NCBI GenBank assembly: GCA_049513795.1
Contig: JBEKVS010000004.1
Coordinates: 3,095-67,094 of the forward strand
Length of the DNA: 64,000 nucleotides
Direction of reading: 5' to 3'
Source: Terracidiphilus sp.
GTDB taxonomy: Bacteria; Acidobacteriota; Terriglobia; Terriglobales; Acidobacteriaceae
Part shown: piece after piece, positions 41,142-52,340 of the stretch
How positions within the stretch are numbered: position 1 is the stretch's first letter
Layout: each line of letters starts with the position of its first letter
The notes under the pieces: model-generated
Database searches by the model: none
What the model was told of the DNA's origin: nothing
What the model saw: the letters and a program-made list of their open reading frames with translations, nothing else
Program-made: the position numbers and the translations under genes

Positions 41142-41272
41142 AAAACCGCTCCTGCCGAAGAGCGATCAGCTCGTCATTCGACCCATTGTAGCGATTTGCC
41201 GCGCGGTTTCAATCAGTTTCTCGACCGGTCTCCGTGGAGGGGCTCTCGACGCGCCCGCCCCCTCCCAGCGGC

Positions 41273-42871
41273 TCAGTTCTTGGGAAGAACAACAAAGGGT
41301 CCAGTAAGAGCGCTTCCCTTGCCGCCCTCAAACGCCGATTGTCCCAGCTTGGGCAACCCAAGCTCCCAAACGGGCCCGGCCAACTCCGGCATGGGGTGGG
41401 CCTGGAACAGCTTCTTGCATTGCCGCGCCGTCCACTTGGCCCACGCTTTCGACTTCTTGCGGCGCGCACTGTCGGTCGAGATCCCGGTGCCCGCATACAT
41501 TTGCCGGTAGAGCTTGGAGAGGAACATGAAGGCAATGCGCGACTTCAAGTTGGGCGTGCAGGCCGACCTTTTCCATATTGCTCCCCAGGTATAGAACGTA
41601 TCCCAGACCTTCTGCGTCCGTTCTCTGATCTCGTCGGAGCTCATGGTCGGGTGCGGCGTGAACATCTTGGGGCGGACTTCGGTCGGAATCATCCAGTAGC
41701 GTGTGATCGGCACATCGCCCACCATGGTGGGATGCTGCGCCTGTTCCTTCTCCCAGCGACCAAAATCCACCGTGCCTGGAAATGGCGTCATCATGACAAA
41801 CTGGGCGAAGGTGACGCCGGCTTTCATGGCCATGGCCACTGTGGCGTCGAACGTTGCAGGCCGGTCTGTGGGCAGTCCGAAGATGAACGAGCCCAACACG
41901 TGCACGCCATGTTTCTTGAACGTCTGCAACTGCTTAGCGAGTGCTTCGCCGGAGTAGTTCCAGTCTTTGTAGACTGCTTTCAGACCTTCCGGAGTTACAG
42001 CTTCGACACCGACCAGTGCACCCTTTATGTTGGCGTTGCGCATGGCATCGAGATACGTCGCGTCTTCGCCGGCTTCCATGGTCATTTGGGTAAAGAAGAC
42101 CATGTCTTTGGGCAGCTTGGCCAGTTCCTCCATCAGCTGAAAGCGTTCTGCGCGAATGTTCGTCAGCTCTTCCACCTTGGCCGTGTTTCCCTGCTCTCGC
42201 GCCAGGCGCAGGTCAGTAAACGTGACGGGATAGAAGTTGTCGTCCGCCAAAGCGATGAAACGAAATCCCAGGCGGCGAAGGGACACGATCTCGTCGATTA
42301 CGCTCTGAAACTTGCGCTGCCGCGGCTTTTGGCCGTCGGTTCGCCACACGCTGCAAAATGAGCAGTGCTTGGGACATCCGCGAATGGTCTGCACCGAGGC
42401 CCACATATACTTGGCGGGATCCATAAGGTCCCAGCGCGCGGCCAAAAACTGGCTGCCCTCGATCCTGCCGCCTTCGTATACCCGCTGCGGGGTCCCTGCC
42501 AGGCAATCTTTCACAGCCAGGCCCCAGGCAATGTCGCCATCCCCTTTTACAACGGCATGGCCTTCGCCGCGGTCGAGAGCCTCTTCTGGAAACAGCGTCG
42601 CATGGATGCCGCCATACACAACCCACGCGCCGCGGCTGCGCGCCATCCGGCCCACCTGGTATCCGCGCAGCGCGTTGCCGGTGTGCACGCTGATGCCGAC
42701 AATGTCTCCCGGGTGAATGCTCTCCGGCGCGATCTGCTCAAGGGATTCGTCGATCAGAATCGGGTCGCCCACTTCGCTCGGTGTAGCCGCCGCGAGCACA
42801 AACAGCCAGCGCGGCGTAATGACCGCCGTGCCAAAGGAGTTGTCACTGGGATTCACTAGATGAACGCTCAT
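41273..42871 (-). CDS. B12-binding domain radical SAM protein
   Basis: DIVGIS and VVYGGIHAT cobalamin-binding region; RGCPKHCSFC CxxxCxxC; ADDNF; TPFPGT. Confidence 0.9.
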   Translation of the reverse strand: MSVHLVNPSDNSFGTAVITPRWLFVLAAATPSEVGDPILIDESLEQIAPESIHPGDIVGISVHTGNALRGYQVGRMARSRGAWVVYGGIHATLFPEEALDRGEGHAVVKGDGDIAWGLAVKDCLAGTPQRVYEGGRIEGSQFLAARWDLMDPAKYMWASVQTIRGCPKHCSFCSVWRTDGQKPRQRKFQSVIDEIVSLRRLGFRFIALADDNFYPVTFTDLRLAREQGNTAKVEELTNIRAERFQLMEELAKLPKDMVFFTQMTMEAGEDATYLDAMRNANIKGALVGVEAVTPEGLKAVYKDWNYSGEALAKQLQTFKKHGVHVLGSFIFGLPTDRPATFDATVAMAMKAGVTFAQFVMMTPFPGTVDFGRWEKEQAQHPTMVGDVPITRYWMIPTEVRPKMFTPHPTMSSDEIRERTQKVWDTFYTWGAIWKRSACTPNLKSRIAFMFLSKLYRQMYAGTGISTDSARRKKSKAWAKWTARQCKKLFQAHPMPELAGPVWELGLPKLGQSAFEGGKGSALTGPFVVLPKN

Positions 42872-43429
42872 CGGATGCGGCCTTTCCACTCAGGAGCAAG
42901 GTGGGGTGCGAGTCTTGACCGAACACAGAACTACGTCGCTGACCGAGCTCGCGGAAGATTGCCGCCGTTGATTGGGGCGTCAACGTGAGCGCATCGGCTT
43001 CGAGGTCCATTAATTCCGGTTCGGCAATTGTGGCCTTAGAGCGTCTTCGAGATCGCGCGAATCAATGGCTAATGTGCTTGCGCATGAAGGGTCGATGGCG
43101 AGTTTTCCCGTTGGGCGAATCTGTTGATGCTAACAGGGGCATCTCCTTGAAAGTGTTCAATTTTGCTCGCATTTTGGAAAGCTCTCGAAAAACTGGAGAA
43201 TGAACCAGATCGACTTTTGCCTCCGAGCGTTGTTCAGCGATTGGTTGTGATATAGTTCAAACCCAACGCAGATGCCAAAACGACCTTTGTCGATTCCCGG
43301 ATACAACCAAATGCCAAGGTTGAGCGGTCCATAATTTTGCTCTGGCGGCGTTGTATACCTTTTCAAATGTGGCTCAAAGACAGCGAATTACGATTGGGTG
43401 AAAATTCCACCAGATTCTGTGCGCGCGCC

Positions 43430-43458
43430 TTGACATGGTTCTGTATTCAGCGCATTAT
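43430..43458 (+). promoter_or_regulatory. Near-consensus sigma-70 promoter
   Basis: TTGACA (43430-43435), 17 bp, CATTAT (43453-43458). Confidence 0.7.
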
Positions 43459-43464
43459 CAGGCC

Positions 43465-43665
43465 ATCTGTACTTGAAAAGGCGACCGCAAAAGCGGCACC
43501 TCGGTGGGTAGTGAGGCTCACCAACGAATCGCTCTGACCGAACAGAGCTTCTCTGAAGTACATTCCTCTTGGATCGTTTGGCCTGAGAGGTTTCCTCGTG
43601 ATCTAGTCCGAGTGAAACAGCAACCAAGCCAGCAAAGTTGCCACCATGAATCGTGTTCAGGTGAG
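43465..43665 (+). ncRNA. Candidate structured RNA or 5' leader
   Basis: Starts at the predicted TSS. Closing stem TGTACTT/AAGTACA encloses three hairpins, and further hairpins follow. I do not recognise the family. Confidence 0.35.
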
Positions 43666-43842
43666 GTAGCAATGATGCCAAACGCTCGTCCACCACGATC
43701 TATAACTCTAAGCGGAATGCCAGTGGAAAACAGGCTTTCGGATTAGCCGTGCAAAGAGAGATGTATCTTTGCGGGCGGCAGCATTATTCCGGCGGATCAG
43801 CCAGGAACTGCACAACTTAAGAATCAACAAATGGAGAACGAC

Positions 43843-44115
43843 ATGCGCTGCCTTACTTGCCGAAGTCTCGAAGCCACCTTCAAGGCTAAGTGGATCGAAT
43901 TCACTGAAGCCAGTTCTCGTGCCTGCTATGGCGTGAGCAATCAGTTCGCTGCCTACCTGCACGTAGAAATGGAACGCGCCAAGGCGGAGTTGGAAGAACA
44001 CCGTTCGCTATGTCTCTCCGCAGCCAATGACCGCGAGCATGCGCCCGTATCATCCTCCCTTCGCAGTGACGTGATCGTCGGCGCCGGAACTGGCTCGGTT
44101 CCCACGGCGGCTTGA
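43843..44115 (+). CDS. Small hypothetical protein with N-terminal CxxC
   Basis: GGAG RBS, then MRCLTCRSLE...EMERAKAELEEHRSLC; helical, 90 aa. Confidence 0.65.
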   Translation: MRCLTCRSLEATFKAKWIEFTEASSRACYGVSNQFAAYLHVEMERAKAELEEHRSLCLSAANDREHAPVSSSLRSDVIVGAGTGSVPTAA

Positions 44116-44242
44116 TTTGTTCAGGACGCACTTTATTGGATTGAGCATTGAAGTCGGAAGCGGTGTCCATCATTAAGACAGGAGCAAACCAAAAGGCAGG
44201 AGCAAACCAACGGAAGGCATTTTTCGGAGAAGGAGAAACTTC

Positions 44243-44515
44243 ATGAACAATCGACCCGTCAAGCGGAGCGCGAATCGTCCTTCAAGCAAGCCAACAGACC
44301 AATCCCTACTTGCTACGATTTCAACTGTAGATACGTTTAGCGGAACGGACACGCAAAGGCGGTTCCTCGAAGACTTCAACATGGAGCACTCGGGTTCTTT
44401 CACCACTATCAATCTGGTTGCGGCCAGCAGCGATCCAAGATCCAGGGAACACGCAATGACGGGACGCGGCCATCAGACGCACCAGATTTCGCTGAGTTGT
44501 GTGTACCTGGGCTAG
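44243..44515 (+). CDS. Small hypothetical protein
   Basis: Strong RBS GAAGGAG 7 nt before the ATG; 90 aa; followed by the hairpin GTCGC-accccggg-GCGAC. Confidence 0.5.
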   Translation: MNNRPVKRSANRPSSKPTDQSLLATISTVDTFSGTDTQRRFLEDFNMEHSGSFTTINLVAASSDPRSREHAMTGRGHQTHQISLSCVYLG

Positions 44516-44611
44516 TGGCTCACACCTGTCGCACCCCGGGGCGACTGCGTCCGCGCAACCTTCAGAACTCCACGAGACCCGGCAGTTCAGTCCTCTCAAC
44601 GCAGTGCAGCG

Positions 44612-45937
<1,326 letters not shown>

Positions 45938-46059
45938 GGCGACCACTTCATTCTCGCCCATAGCGGGCACAAACCGCAAAAAACGCCGATCCTACCTGAA
46001 ACAACCGGGTCTCCTGGCTGCACGTCGTTGAACCGCGTTCGAAGGCAAGAGATGACCGG

Positions 46060-47662
46060 TCACTGGACGAGCTTTCCATGATCATAAACCTCGGATATCG
46101 AGTCGACTGCAGCCTGTTTCCGCTCCCAGACTTCGATAAAGGAGAAGGCCTTCGTCAGGTGGTATTGAGCGTGGACATAAGCGAGGAACGGCGCCAGGTT
46201 GGTGCGCCCCGGATGACTGGCATAGCGGTGGCTGTTCTCGCCAAAGTCAAATAGCGCAATCATCGGCGTTTGCTGAGTCCGGACACCTCGAATCGCGGCA
46301 GCCACTTGATCCGCCGTTGTGTTAGTCCGTGTCCGTCAGATAGTCCACCGTGGTTGGGTCGTCGAGCGAGAGCGCGAAAGCAAACAACGGGACGCCGACG
46401 AACGATTCCCCGGGATGAGTGTGCTGCGCAAACCATTGGAACTGTTCGAACTCGGTCGGATTGAAAAAGGCTGTGCGGCCCGTGGGGAGGTCAAGATAGC
46501 CTCGCCATTGCCGCTGCAGTTGGATGGGAAGCGCCACGAGAAAGAGCAGGCCGATTGTCCAGAGCGTCCGCCGTATGATCCGGTCCGCCGTAGAGGTCCC
46601 GCGAACCAGCCAGACGCACACAATCGCCGCCGGCGGCGCAATCATGCACATGCGGTTGTAGCTTGCGGCCTGGGCCACGGCAGCGAAGAGCGCAAGACCA
46701 ACAAAGTTGATTAGTAGCATTAAGTCACGCGTTTTGGGGTCGACCTTATTTTTTTCACGAAACAAGCGCAAGAGGCACCAAAGGTAGCCGAACGGCACCA
46801 GAAGATGAATGAAAAAGTAAGGAGTGAGGCGGACAACGTCCGTTAGTTTGTGGTGCCGGGGAAAGTTCATGAAGTAGACGCCCGGCGTGTGGAAGGTTCT
46901 CGCCGGGAAATTGTGGATAACGAAGGTGACCAGCGCGAAATAGAGAGTCGCGAAACCTGCCCGCCAAGTGTAATAGGCAAGCACGCTGCCGACGATGATC
47001 GCGAATGGCATGACGAGCCAAGTGAGTTGAGCGGCGACCCGGGGCTTTCGATCGCGCGTCCAGACGAGAAACGCGCCGATGGCGATCAGGCTCAGAAGCC
47101 CCTGGCTCTGCGTAAATAAAGTACTCAGGCCACAGAGAATACCCGCAGCCGTCAACCTCGCAGTCGTTTTGCTGCCCATGAGTGTGGCAACGGCTGCCAG
47201 CGCGAGCAAGGTGGAATACCAGTGATGAGTCGCGTCCTTGGTGATATCGAAATCCAGCACCAGGAAAAGGAGAGCGGGGAGAAAGACCAGAGGTCCCCGC
47301 AGGATGCGGGAGGAGATCCAAACGAGAAGGCCTGCGATCGTCGCGCCGAGAAAGATAACAAAGGCTTGCGCCAACCAGGCATGCACGCCGAGGAGCCCGA
47401 AGACGCCGGCGTAGAGCAGATCAGTTCCGGGGATGACATAAGTGAAGTAGTCGCGGAATGGAACCTGGCCGCGGAGTATCCGAATTCCATGCTCGAAGTA
47501 GAGGGTCTCATCGAGCGACACGATGAGCGGAGTTCCTCCCAGGGTGAAGGTGCGGAGATAAAGGAATGCGAGGGTAGCCGCGGTGAACGGGATATAAAAG
47601 CGCCTTCGGATGCCGGTGGTGGGCCTGACTAATGGCTCGAATACGGACGGCTGTGATCTCAT
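46060..47662 (-). pseudogene. GT-C fold (ArnT/PMT-like) membrane glycosyltransferase with a +1 frameshift at ~46323
   Basis: DETLY...RILRGQVPFRDYF...PGT and many TM segments. GAC TA[A]C ACA ACG GCG GAT CAA GTG continues into ORF 46060..46305 when one base is removed. Confidence 0.7.
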
Positions 47663-47794
47663 TTCGCTCCGATTTTCTATTGGAAGCGAAAAGTATAGCG
47701 TTCTTCGGTTACTGCAAATGTCAGCGGATTGTCATCCGTCGGGCCAAACTGTATTTCACCAGCTGCTTCGAATCCGACAGGGCGATTGGGCAAG

Positions 47795-47819
47795 AAAAAC
47801 GCCGCCCGAAGGCGGCGCT
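47795..47819 (-). terminator. Rho-independent terminator
   Basis: Minus strand: CGCCGCC-TTCG-GGCGGCG followed by TTTTT. Confidence 0.8.
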
Positions 47820-47844
47820 CTGCGGAAGATCTCGACTCGCGGTC

Positions 47845-48072
47845 CTACAGCGTCGATTCGATTTCAAATCCCCAGGCCTCAAGGAGGGCTTCCGGGATAT
47901 ACTTTGAATTCTTGTTCCTCCGAGCCCACTCCCGCAGGCGGGTTGACCGGATGTACTGGTCTGGGCTAAGTTTAAACTCCTTCACGATCTGTTCGAAAGA
48001 GGTAACGGTAGGCACGACCGGGCCAATTGGCTCGGGCTTGCCCCAGTTCGGATTTCCACGACGCTTTGCCAT
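47845..48072 (-). CDS. Small basic hypothetical protein (75 aa), monocistronic
   Basis: MAKRRGNPNWGKPEP...YIPEALLEAWG; has its own promoter, RBS AAGGA and terminator. Confidence 0.8.
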   Translation of the reverse strand: MAKRRGNPNWGKPEPIGPVVPTVTSFEQIVKEFKLSPDQYIRSTRLREWARRNKNSKYIPEALLEAWGFEIESTL

Positions 48073-48165
48073 CGATTTGGTTTCCTTATGAGGGTTGATT
48101 TGCGCGTACTTCCCCGAAGACGAAGTTGGGGGCTCCTGTCACTCCAGAGGAAACTTCAGCTTCTT

Positions 48166-48194
48166 ATTTTACATATTTTTTCTTCGAAAATCAA
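48166..48194 (-). promoter_or_regulatory. Sigma-70 promoter of the 75-aa gene
   Basis: TTGATT-17 bp-TAAAAT in an AT-rich tract. Confidence 0.65.
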
Positions 48195-48371
48195 TACCAA
48201 AATCGAATTACTTGCGGCCCGAACCAGTCTTGCGACTGCCCCAATTTACTTCCACATCTACTTGCATATGAATCACTTAGCGCTCTGCCTGCCGATTTAC
48301 GGATACTCCAGCCTGCGGGTTTGGCGGTCGCGAAATTGTTGCTGCCGTAGCTCTCGACCTAGGATACTAGT

Positions 48372-48968
48372 ATGACAATATCCAGGCGAACGATTGCTCT
48401 CGGATTGCTTTTGTCCGGGGCTCTGGCGCAGGGAGGGTGCGTCGAGCTCACGGTAAGCCGCGACGCCCTCGAGCGCACACTCAAGCAGCAGCTTTTCAAC
48501 GGGCCCAAGGGGCGCTACTACCTGAATGGCAGCCCGCAATCCGCGTGCGCAATTTATGCGGAAAATCCGCAACTCCGGTTCGCCGGGGATCGTATCGTGG
48601 TCGAGATGAAGACCCATTCCAGCGTGGGGAGGGCCGTGGCCGGAGCCTGCATCGGCATCACGCTTTCGCTGCCGGCCGAGGTCTCCCTGGCCCCTAATGG
48701 CGAGGGCGAGACGATTGGTTTCAGGGACGCTCGCGTGGAGAGGGTAAGCGATCAGCCGGAGCTGAATTTTGTCCTGATGCCGTTTCTCAGAAACCAGGTA
48801 CCGAAGGGCATGAAGGTGAATGCGGCCGAGCTGCTGCGCAAGGCGCTGGAAGGATCAACCGCCACTTCCGGCTACAAGGTCTCGTTGGAGCGCCTGAAGG
48901 TTCACTCCATCGAAATCCGGGGCGATGCGCTGGTCATGGATGTGGACGCAGATCTCAGCGTGCGATAA
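48372..48968 (+). CDS. Secreted hypothetical protein
   Basis: N-terminal hydrophobic signal; beta-rich; three Cys; RBS AGGA. Confidence 0.7.
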   Translation: MTISRRTIALGLLLSGALAQGGCVELTVSRDALERTLKQQLFNGPKGRYYLNGSPQSACAIYAENPQLRFAGDRIVVEMKTHSSVGRAVAGACIGITLSLPAEVSLAPNGEGETIGFRDARVERVSDQPELNFVLMPFLRNQVPKGMKVNAAELLRKALEGSTATSGYKVSLERLKVHSIEIRGDALVMDVDADLSVR

Positions 48969-49095
48969 GCCCTAACCGCCGGCGACGGAGGGGTGTCTAA
49001 CGTTCGAGAGATCGCGAACTCTGGGACGCCTGGTCTTCGCCTGCTGCGCTCGCAGCTCGCACGCCGTCCCAGTGTTCGATGCACGGGGTTTCGCC

Positions 49096-52000
49096 ATGCG
49101 TAGGTGGGCACTCTGCTTGGTTCTTGCCGGACTTGCAATGCCGGGCGCGGCTGCCAATCGCGTGACGGTTGATCAATTGCAGCAAGTGCTGACAGCCGCC
49201 AAGACAAAGCCGGATGCCGACCTGGCCAAGCAACTGTCTAGTCTGGAGCTGACCGAGCGTCTGAGTTCGGACAGCTTCGAGCAGCTTAGCGGCAACTTGC
49301 CTGGCGATAAATCGCGCCAAGCGCTGTTGAGCCTGGCTGACGCGGCGGCTTTTCTTGACCCTCCCCCGGCAGAGATCCCGTCCCGGCCAACCCCGGACTT
49401 TGCCCAACAGCGGCGCATGCTGGCTCTGACTGTGGCGTATGTCAGCAAGACCATTCCGCAGTTGCCGAACTTCTTCGCGACACAGCAGATCACCCGGTTC
49501 GAAGACACCCCCCAGTTGCAAAAGGGCTACTTCTTCGTCCCCTATGAACCGTTGCACCGCGTTGGTGATTCCAATGCGACAGTTCTTTATCGCGACGGCC
49601 AGGAGGTGATCGATTCGGGATCAAGCCGGAAGCCAACCATGGTGGAGGGGCTGGCGACCAAGGGGGTCTTCGGGCCCATTCTGGCCACGGTGCTGCTCGA
49701 CGCGGCGCAAAGCAAGCTCGCATGGAGCCACTGGGAGCAAGGAAAGTCCGATGTTCAAGCGGTGTTCAGCTACGCTGTCCCGAAGGAAAAATCCCATTAT
49801 GAAGTGAGCTACTGCTGCGTTGCCTCGGAAGCGGCAACCGTTGTAGCCAACATGCACCCCTACCGAAAAGTGGTCGGCTTCCACGGAGACATGGCCATCG
49901 ATCCAGCCACGGGAACCATCCTTCGCCTGCGCGTTGAGGCGGACTTGAACACGACCGATCCGGTGGTCAAGGCGGGAATCCTGGTGGAATACGGGCGGGT
50001 GGAGATCGGTGGAAAGACTTACATTTGCCCGCTGAAAAGCGTCTCCATTGCGCGAGCGCAAATCGTTCAGTTGGACCCAGACTACAAATTTCCACTTGCG
50101 AACCAGCTGCAGCCACTGATGCAGTCACTGAATCATGTTGAGTTCCGACAGTATCACCTGTTTCGCGCCGACGCGCAGGTCCTGGCCGATGGGGCGACAG
50201 GCGATTCGGGAACGCAGCCTTCAGGCGGCGTTGTGAATGCCAGCGCCCCGGTTTCCGTTGACGCGCCTTCCCTGCCCTCTACCCCTGCCGAAACGGCGGC
50301 TGCGGCAAGTCCTGATTCGAGTCCCGCCAAGTCTTCCGACGCTAGTGTTCTGGCGACTGGGCCCGGTCCAGCGGCCGCCTCGGTTGCGGTTCCGGTTGCC
50401 CGGTCCGAAGCGCCTGTTCCCGAAATCACTGTGGGTTCGGCGACCAACATTCCCGACGTGCCACTCAAGCCTCAATTGCCCGCATCGGAGGACGGCTTGA
50501 CTCTCCGGACGACGGCCCGCCTGGTGGATGTGAGTGTGGTGGCTTTTGACAAGAAAGGCCATCCCGTAACCGACCTGAAACGGGAAGACTTCGAGATCGA
50601 CGACAATGGCCGCAAACAGCAGATTCACTACTTCGTCCAGGCTGCTCAAACAGGCGCCCTGGCTTCTGCACAACAACCGGCCCCTGCCGCTGAGCAGCCG
50701 GTTTTCACCAACCGCCCCATGGCGACAGACGCTGGACAGCCAACCTCAGGAGCAAACGAGAGCCGCTCCACGATTCTGCTGATCGACGCGGCAAACGTCG
50801 CCTGGGGAGACTTATCCTACGCTCGGCAGGAGATGCTGCGGTTCCTAAAGAATCTGCCGGCCAGTGAGCCGGTCGCTTTGTACATCCTTAAGAGATACGG
50901 GTTTCAGGTTCTGACCGAGCCGACCGGGGACCATGCGCTGGTGGCCAACAAGCTTGGGCGTTGGATGCCGACCGCGCAGGATCTTTCCAACGCCCAGGAT
51001 GAAGAGCAGCGCAACCGCCAGCACTTCGATTGGGTTCACAGCGGAGAGGACCTCCTTTCTGTAAACGGGAACGGAAACAAGGATCCGGAGGGCATGTCTC
51101 CCGGCGCCGCGAGAGCGGGGATACCGACCGATCCCAAGCTGCAAACCCTCGGCAGCAACCCTGAGAGAGACACACTCTATCAACTGACAAGCGTAGCAGG
51201 ACATCTGGCGGCGGTTCCCGGCCACAAGAGCCTGGTCTGGGTGTCGAGCGACAACGTGCTGGCCGACTGGAGCAACCAGGAGGTCGCCCGGCAGGACAAA
51301 GGCAGCAAGTTCATCGATCCTATCGCGTTGCGCGCGCAAGAGAGTCTCAACAACGCCCATACCAGCATTTATCCGCTGGATGCTTCACAGCTCGAAGCCG
51401 GTGGCATCACGGCAGACCTCGGGAATCGTAACGTATTGGCCATGGGAAAAACGGATCGCGACAATAGCCTGAAGAAATTGGGAGACGCCGACAATGGAGC
51501 AAGCCCAGGCCGCGATATTGCCCAGGCGCAGCAGGATACCCATCCCATCCAGGGTGCGTTTCGCGACCTTGCCGATGCCACCGGTGGGCGGGCACTGCGT
51601 CGCGCCAGCGACATTGCGGGCGAACTCAACGGAATCGTCAACGACGGGCGCGCCGCGTACTTGCTAAGTTTCACCCCCGACCAGCCGCCGGACAACAAGT
51701 ACCACTTGCTCACCGTCAAGGCCGTCGGCCGCCGCGACCTCACTCTGCGCTATCGCACCGGTTATGAGTACGACAAGGAACCGGCGAGTCTGAAGGATCG
51801 CTTTCGCCAGGCAATCTCACGGCCTGCCGACGGTAGCGACATAGGCTTGATCGTCAACGCTTCCATCACAACAAATGGAGCAGCGCTCAAGCTGAACATT
51901 GCCGCCAGCGATCTGGGACTTGCGCAGCAGGACGAATTGTGGACCGGCAAGCTGGACGTCTTCCTGGTCCAGCGAGACGATGAGGGAGTGCACGTGCAAG

Positions 52001-52194
52001 TCTCCGGACAGACGCTTGGCCTGCGGTTGAAGCCGGCCACTTACCAGAGGCTGCTCAGCGATGGAATTCCATTTGAAGTCAACGTACAACCGCAAGCCGG
52101 AGCGGGCTCGGTGCGCATCGTAGTGGTAGACGAGAACTCGGGGCGCATGGGCTGGGTCACGCTGCCTGCGGCGGGTCTTGAGGCAAGGCGCTAA
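49096..52194 (+). CDS. Large secreted multidomain VWA protein, paralogue 1
   Basis: Signal peptide; VTVDQL...LELTERLS N-terminal domain; Pro/Ala/Ser linker; LRTTARLVDVSVVAFDKKGHPVTDL, PGHKSLVWVS, LADATGGR, YLLSFTP, LRYRTGY; C-terminal beta domain. Confidence 0.85.
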   Translation: MRRWALCLVLAGLAMPGAAANRVTVDQLQQVLTAAKTKPDADLAKQLSSLELTERLSSDSFEQLSGNLPGDKSRQALLSLADAAAFLDPPPAEIPSRPTPDFAQQRRMLALTVAYVSKTIPQLPNFFATQQITRFEDTPQLQKGYFFVPYEPLHRVGDSNATVLYRDGQEVIDSGSSRKPTMVEGLATKGVFGPILATVLLDAAQSKLAWSHWEQGKSDVQAVFSYAVPKEKSHYEVSYCCVASEAATVVANMHPYRKVVGFHGDMAIDPATGTILRLRVEADLNTTDPVVKAGILVEYGRVEIGGKTYICPLKSVSIARAQIVQLDPDYKFPLANQLQPLMQSLNHVEFRQYHLFRADAQVLADGATGDSGTQPSGGVVNASAPVSVDAPSLPSTPAETAAAASPDSSPAKSSDASVLATGPGPAAASVAVPVARSEAPVPEITVGSATNIPDVPLKPQLPASEDGLTLRTTARLVDVSVVAFDKKGHPVTDLKREDFEIDDNGRKQQIHYFVQAAQTGALASAQQPAPAAEQPVFTNRPMATDAGQPTSGANESRSTILLIDAANVAWGDLSYARQEMLRFLKNLPASEPVALYILKRYGFQVLTEPTGDHALVANKLGRWMPTAQDLSNAQDEEQRNRQHFDWVHSGEDLLSVNGNGNKDPEGMSPGAARAGIPTDPKLQTLGSNPERDTLYQLTSVAGHLAAVPGHKSLVWVSSDNVLADWSNQEVARQDKGSKFIDPIALRAQESLNNAHTSIYPLDASQLEAGGITADLGNRNVLAMGKTDRDNSLKKLGDADNGASPGRDIAQAQQDTHPIQGAFRDLADATGGRALRRASDIAGELNGIVNDGRAAYLLSFTPDQPPDNKYHLLTVKAVGRRDLTLRYRTGYEYDKEPASLKDRFRQAISRPADGSDIGLIVNASITTNGAALKLNIAASDLGLAQQDELWTGKLDVFLVQRDDEGVHVQVSGQTLGLRLKPATYQRLLSDGIPFEVNVQPQAGAGSVRIVVVDENSGRMGWVTLPAAGLEARR

Positions 52195-52340
52195 TTCGGA
52201 ACCGTTTGAGGTAGAGTTACGAGTGGTGGAGTTGCAGCGCCAATGTTTGAACACGCCCAGTCTTGCACCAGGATGCTGTTCCGGTGAGGGCTTCATAACG
52301 TTTCATCCGTCGTTCCAAAATAGGGATTGAGGTGCGCGCC

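Noticed and set aside
43465-43565. tRNA or c-di-GMP riboswitch identity for the structured element
   Set aside because: No TTCG T-loop, anticodon arm or CCA end, and no GGCAAACC...GACGCAAAG signature.
42985-43746. Short ORFs in the lower-GC gap (e.g. 43157..43366, 43388..43696)
   Set aside because: No clear RBS or motifs; the promoter and RNA structure explain the region better.
45940-46060. FMN riboswitch upstream of ribBA
   Set aside because: The space is short and the RFN consensus (AGGGCGGGG...TTCCCGACCGGCGG) is absent.
48997-49073. Nested palindrome CTGGGACG...GCTGCG-CT-CGCAGC...CGTCCCAG before VWA paralogue 1
   Set aside because: Single copy in the window; cannot be distinguished from a terminator or repeat relic.
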